Part shown: positions 34,546 through 37,870 of the stretch, in pieces
How the letters are laid out: every line of letters begins with the position of its first letter
Numbering within the stretch: position 1 is the first letter of the stretch
NCBI GenBank assembly: GCA_016937995.1
Contig: JAFGVM010000022.1
Span: 1-37,870 of the forward strand
DNA length: 37,870 nt
Direction of reading: 5' to 3'
From: Candidatus Delongbacteria bacterium
GTDB lineage: Bacteria > UBA4055
The notes under the pieces: model-generated
The model's input: the letters and a program-made list of their open reading frames with translations, nothing else
The model's database searches: none
What the model was told of the DNA's origin: nothing
Program-made: the position numbers and the translations under genes

Positions 34546-37419
34546 CTACGCAACCATTCCCTGAACGAATGTTTCTATAAACTCCTTCATTCTTTCAATG
34601 ATCCTGTCCCCTATTTCTCTGGCTTGCAGGACACTTGGTCGTTGGTCCAGGCATTTGAAGACATCATCTCTTAGCGGTTCCTGAGAATTGAATATATATG
34701 CATCTATAAGTGCTGCGAACTGCTTTTGATCCAGGTTTTCTTCTTCGCATATATCTTTCAGTGCCAGTCTTTTTTCTTCACTCCAGAATTTTTCGAATTC
34801 ATCTTCTATGGAATCTATATCATCAATTAGCGGTAGATTTTCTTCTATAAACTTTTCTATCAGTTCTCTTTTGCTTCTTAGTTCAACTTCACCTGCAAGT
34901 TTGTCGTATATGAATTTCTTTAGTGCATCAGGGTCAGTTTTCTTATCCTGCTTCATCTTTCCGATAAGCTTTATAATGTATGCTACATTGACAACATCTC
35001 TGTGAAGTAGTTCGACTTCAAAATCTATATCATTTAGTATTGACGACTTATCTTTTGTTTTGTCATTTTTTACTTTGTCATACAGGTCAAGGTATTTGCT
35101 TCTGTAGTCTGCAAAACTCTGCTCGGACATTGGTAGATCTTTCCAGCTGAAATCTACATAGGACTTTAATACATTGATCAGTCTTATCAGTTCACGGAAT
35201 ATTTTGATGAATTTCATTTCATCTTCTTCGGTAATCAGATCGTTCACACTGTCAACTGTAGGTGCAACGGTTAGAAGCTCTGAGAAAGCCTGACTGAATT
35301 TTCTTAATATAGCTTCGTAAGGCGGTATTATTATATCTTCAATAGCTTCTTTGTTTGAGAATAGCGTTATAGCATCATCTACTACATGTTTCAAGTTCCT
35401 GAAACAGAGGATATTTCCCTGAGATTTTTTCTTGTTATATATTCTGTTCGTCCTTGAAAATGCCTGAATTATACCGTGATATCTTAAATTCTTATCAACA
35501 TAGAGTGTATTGACCTTCTTTGCATCAAATCCAGTTAGGAACATATTTACTACAAGCAGGATATCCAGCCTGTCTTTAGCATCATTGAATGTTGGTTTTT
35601 CTCTCTCCTTCAGCCTTTTACTTATATCTTTGAAATAGTTTTCATACAGTTTGCCATCTTGTGTAGAATAATTTGTACCGTACATTTCGTTATAATCTGA
35701 AATTATATCATCAAGCTTTTCTCTATTGTGCTTCTCGTTATACATTGGTTTCGTTTCAGCTGCCAGAAGATAGTCTTCCTCCTCCGGAAGTAAATCTGCT
35801 ACTCCTTGTATCTCATCATTCGCACCGTAGGTAAATATCGCACCAATCCTCAGATCATGCTCACCTGCATCCTTTTTGGCTTTGAATATCTCATAATATT
35901 TTATCAAATTATCTATTCCACTGATTGCGAAAATGGATGAAAATTCCCGTCTGTGAGTTTTTTCATCATGATACTTTATGATATGGTCAGCTATCTTTTC
36001 AAGTCTTTCAGATGAATCTAAAATTTCTCTGGTATCTATATCTTCAACTTCTATATCAATGAAAGTATTTCCTTTCTGCCTGTATCTGCCTATGTATTCG
36101 ATGTTGAATTTGAGTACATTCTGATCACGGATCGCATCGGTTATTACATATTTGTGAAGACATTCCCCGAATAAATCCTTTGTGGTTCTTTTACCAAGAT
36201 CGGTCTTGAATGAATTTTCTGCAAAGATAGGAGTTCCTGTGAATCCGAATAGCTGTGCCGCATTGAAAAATTTCGTTATCCGCTTATGTGTCTCTCCGAA
36301 CTGGCTTCTGTGACATTCATCAAAGATAAACACCACCCGTTCGTCTCTAAGATGCCATATCTGCCTACTGTAAACATCTTTTATAGCATTGTTGAGTTTC
36401 TGAATGGTAGTAACAATGAGCTTTGTATCATCCTTTAATTGATCAAGGAGACCTTTGGTATTTTCTGTAGTATCTACACTGTCTTTCTTAAAATTATTGA
36501 ACTCGTTCATTGTCTGATAATCAAGATCCTTCCTGTCAACTACAAATACCACCTTCTTTACGGTTGGGAAATTCATTATGATCTGACTTGCCTTGAATGA
36601 TGTAAGTGTCTTACCTGAACCTGTTGTATGCCATATGTATCCGTTATCCTTATTTTCCTGCACCTGCTCAATTATTGATTCCACTGCATAATACTGATAC
36701 GGTCTGAGGATCATCAGCTTACCGAATGTTTCGTTGTGTACTATGTAGTGGGATATCATCTTTCCGAGATGGTTGGTATTTAGGAATGCATCGGTGAATT
36801 TTGTTAGGTCGGTTATATTTCTGTTGTCTTTATCTGCCCAGAAGAAAGTCTGCATGAAGTCCAACTGTCTGTTGTTGGCATAATATTTTGTATCTACTTC
36901 GTTGGATATTACGAACATTTGTACGAAGTTGAAGAGTCCTCTGTTTGTCCAGAATGAATGTAATTGATAGCGGTTGATCTGATTGAAAGCTTCTTTTAGC
37001 TCCAGTCCACGTCTTTTTAGTTCGATCTGAACCAGTGGAAGACCGTTTATGAGAATTGTAACATCGTATCTGTTCTTGTAAGTTCCTACCTGAGTTACCT
37101 GATTTGTTACCTGGAATATGTTTTCATTCCATTCGTCATTGTTAAAGAACCGGACATAGAAGCTGTCACCATCATCTCTTGTGAGATAAAACCTGTCACG
37201 TAAAGTCTTTGATTTCTGGAATATATTACCTTTTTCGAGGTGGTTCAGGATAGCATTGAATTCTCTGTCTGAGAAAACAGTATTGTTGAAAGCACCAAGC
37301 TGGACTTTCAGGTTTGAAAGAAGAGAATCCTCGTCATGGATCAAAACTCGCTCGTAATTTAAACCAACAAGTTGATCTATAAGGTTGTTTTCAAGTATGG
37401 CTTCTGGTTGTGTTGTCAT
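34546..37419 (-). CDS. hsdR: Type I restriction-modification endonuclease subunit R
   Basis: Nuclease motif 'RYDVTILINGLPLVQIELK', 'QINRY', helicase motifs 'HTTGSGKT', 'VVDRKDLD', 'DECHRS', 'FTGTP', 'MFLTGFD', 'QAFSRTNR'. Confidence 0.95.
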   Translation of the reverse strand: MTTQPEAILENNLIDQLVGLNYERVLIHDEDSLLSNLKVQLGAFNNTVFSDREFNAILNHLEKGNIFQKSKTLRDRFYLTRDDGDSFYVRFFNNDEWNENIFQVTNQVTQVGTYKNRYDVTILINGLPLVQIELKRRGLELKEAFNQINRYQLHSFWTNRGLFNFVQMFVISNEVDTKYYANNRQLDFMQTFFWADKDNRNITDLTKFTDAFLNTNHLGKMISHYIVHNETFGKLMILRPYQYYAVESIIEQVQENKDNGYIWHTTGSGKTLTSFKASQIIMNFPTVKKVVFVVDRKDLDYQTMNEFNNFKKDSVDTTENTKGLLDQLKDDTKLIVTTIQKLNNAIKDVYSRQIWHLRDERVVFIFDECHRSQFGETHKRITKFFNAAQLFGFTGTPIFAENSFKTDLGKRTTKDLFGECLHKYVITDAIRDQNVLKFNIEYIGRYRQKGNTFIDIEVEDIDTREILDSSERLEKIADHIIKYHDEKTHRREFSSIFAISGIDNLIKYYEIFKAKKDAGEHDLRIGAIFTYGANDEIQGVADLLPEEEDYLLAAETKPMYNEKHNREKLDDIISDYNEMYGTNYSTQDGKLYENYFKDISKRLKEREKPTFNDAKDRLDILLVVNMFLTGFDAKKVNTLYVDKNLRYHGIIQAFSRTNRIYNKKKSQGNILCFRNLKHVVDDAITLFSNKEAIEDIIIPPYEAILRKFSQAFSELLTVAPTVDSVNDLITEEDEMKFIKIFRELIRLINVLKSYVDFSWKDLPMSEQSFADYRSKYLDLYDKVKNDKTKDKSSILNDIDFEVELLHRDVVNVAYIIKLIGKMKQDKKTDPDALKKFIYDKLAGEVELRSKRELIEKFIEENLPLIDDIDSIEDEFEKFWSEEKRLALKDICEEENLDQKQFAALIDAYIFNSQEPLRDDVFKCLDQRPSVLQAREIGDRIIERMKEFIETFVQGMVA

Positions 37420-37460
37420 AATTGGCTCTTTTAATTTCTAATTTCAGAATTCTCAATCCC

Positions 37461-37520
37461 GTACGGGTTCAACATTTTGAACCCTTATTCCCTTCCGGGC
37501 ACAAGTTATTGTGCCCCTAC
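37461..37520. repeat. Inverted pair of GTAG-type REP-like hairpins
   Basis: GTAC-GGGTTCAA-catt-TTGAACCC on the plus strand and GTAG-GGGCACAA-taac-TTGTGCCC on the minus strand, 12 nt apart. Confidence 0.55.
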
Positions 37521-37530
37521 TTATCACTTA

Positions 37531-37869
37531 TCACTTATCTCTATTTTTTCCATATTTTCCTTTTTTTTCTCCTACGGCTACCAAATCATCATGCATGGTC
37601 TTGTAAGAATCTGTACTTTGTATCAGTACTTCTGCAGGTATACCCAATATAGAATGAAGTTTTTTTATCATATTTAAACTTAAATTTATTTTTTTATTCA
37701 ATACTTCAGATACTTTACTTTTTGAACCTATAATTTCAATAAGATCTTTATTCTTTAATCCCATTTGTTCCATTCTGAATTTTATCGCTTCGACAGGATC
37801 AGGCAGATCTATCTTATAATGAACATCTTCATAATCTTTTATCAAAAGAGCCAAAAGATCGAATTTGTC
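37531..37869 (-). CDS. higA: HigA-like HTH antitoxin / transcriptional regulator (5' end outside the window)
   Basis: 'LIKDYE...PDPVEAIKFRMEQMGLKNKDL..IIGSKSKVSEVLN....LSLNMIKKLH..LGIPAEVLI'. The frame stays open to the window edge (DKFDLLALLI...). Confidence 0.85.
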   Translation of the reverse strand, partial: DKFDLLALLIKDYEDVHYKIDLPDPVEAIKFRMEQMGLKNKDLIEIIGSKSKVSEVLNKKINLSLNMIKKLHSILGIPAEVLIQSTDSYKTMHDDLVAVGEKKGKYGKNRDK

Positions 37870-37870
37870 A

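Noticed and set aside
157-37677. The many 60-150 aa ORFs antisense to or overlapping the called genes (e.g. 2679..3062, 8122..8493, 27238..27594, 29604..30062, 37422..37652)
   Set aside because: Shadow frames of well-supported genes, with no motifs or RBS.
1-37870. tRNA, rRNA or tRNA-Sec genes
   Set aside because: No cloverleaf or T-loop (GTTCRA in a tRNA context) or rRNA-like segment was recognised in any intergenic region.

Overview
AT-rich bacterial chromosomal window, most likely from a diderm anaerobe-type lineage (taxonomy cannot be fixed from this sequence alone). It is mostly housekeeping and envelope genes: purQ, an M20 amidohydrolase, pilT, a DUF2723/TMEM260-like glycosyltransferase cluster, asparaginase, sppA, rex, murA, pyrE, rnz, pcrA/uvrD, mltG and an atypical glmS. 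The right end is the start of an accessory/defence region with Type I R-M hsdR and a HigA-like antitoxin. Signals that the ORF track misses or does not explain: (1) a secreted UshA-like selenoprotein (C-G-U, in-frame UGA at 29091-29093, SECIS-like hairpin downstream) that heads a ~12 kb minus-strand gene run; (2) a 51-aa CxxC/CxxC DUF5679-type protein with its own promoter and terminator; (3) a 909-aa GlmS whose catalytic Cys lies behind a 26-aa leader and which has two large insertions; (4) SppA fused to a predicted outer-membrane beta-barrel; (5) a STAND-like NTPase-TPR protein with a degenerate cyclase-like N-terminus; (6) a non-coding block after glmS combining a dif-like XerCD site, helically phased DnaA-box-like motifs and a flanking 16-bp inverted repeat; (7) REP-like palindromes in many intergenic gaps. 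All calls come from motif recognition only; no searches were run.
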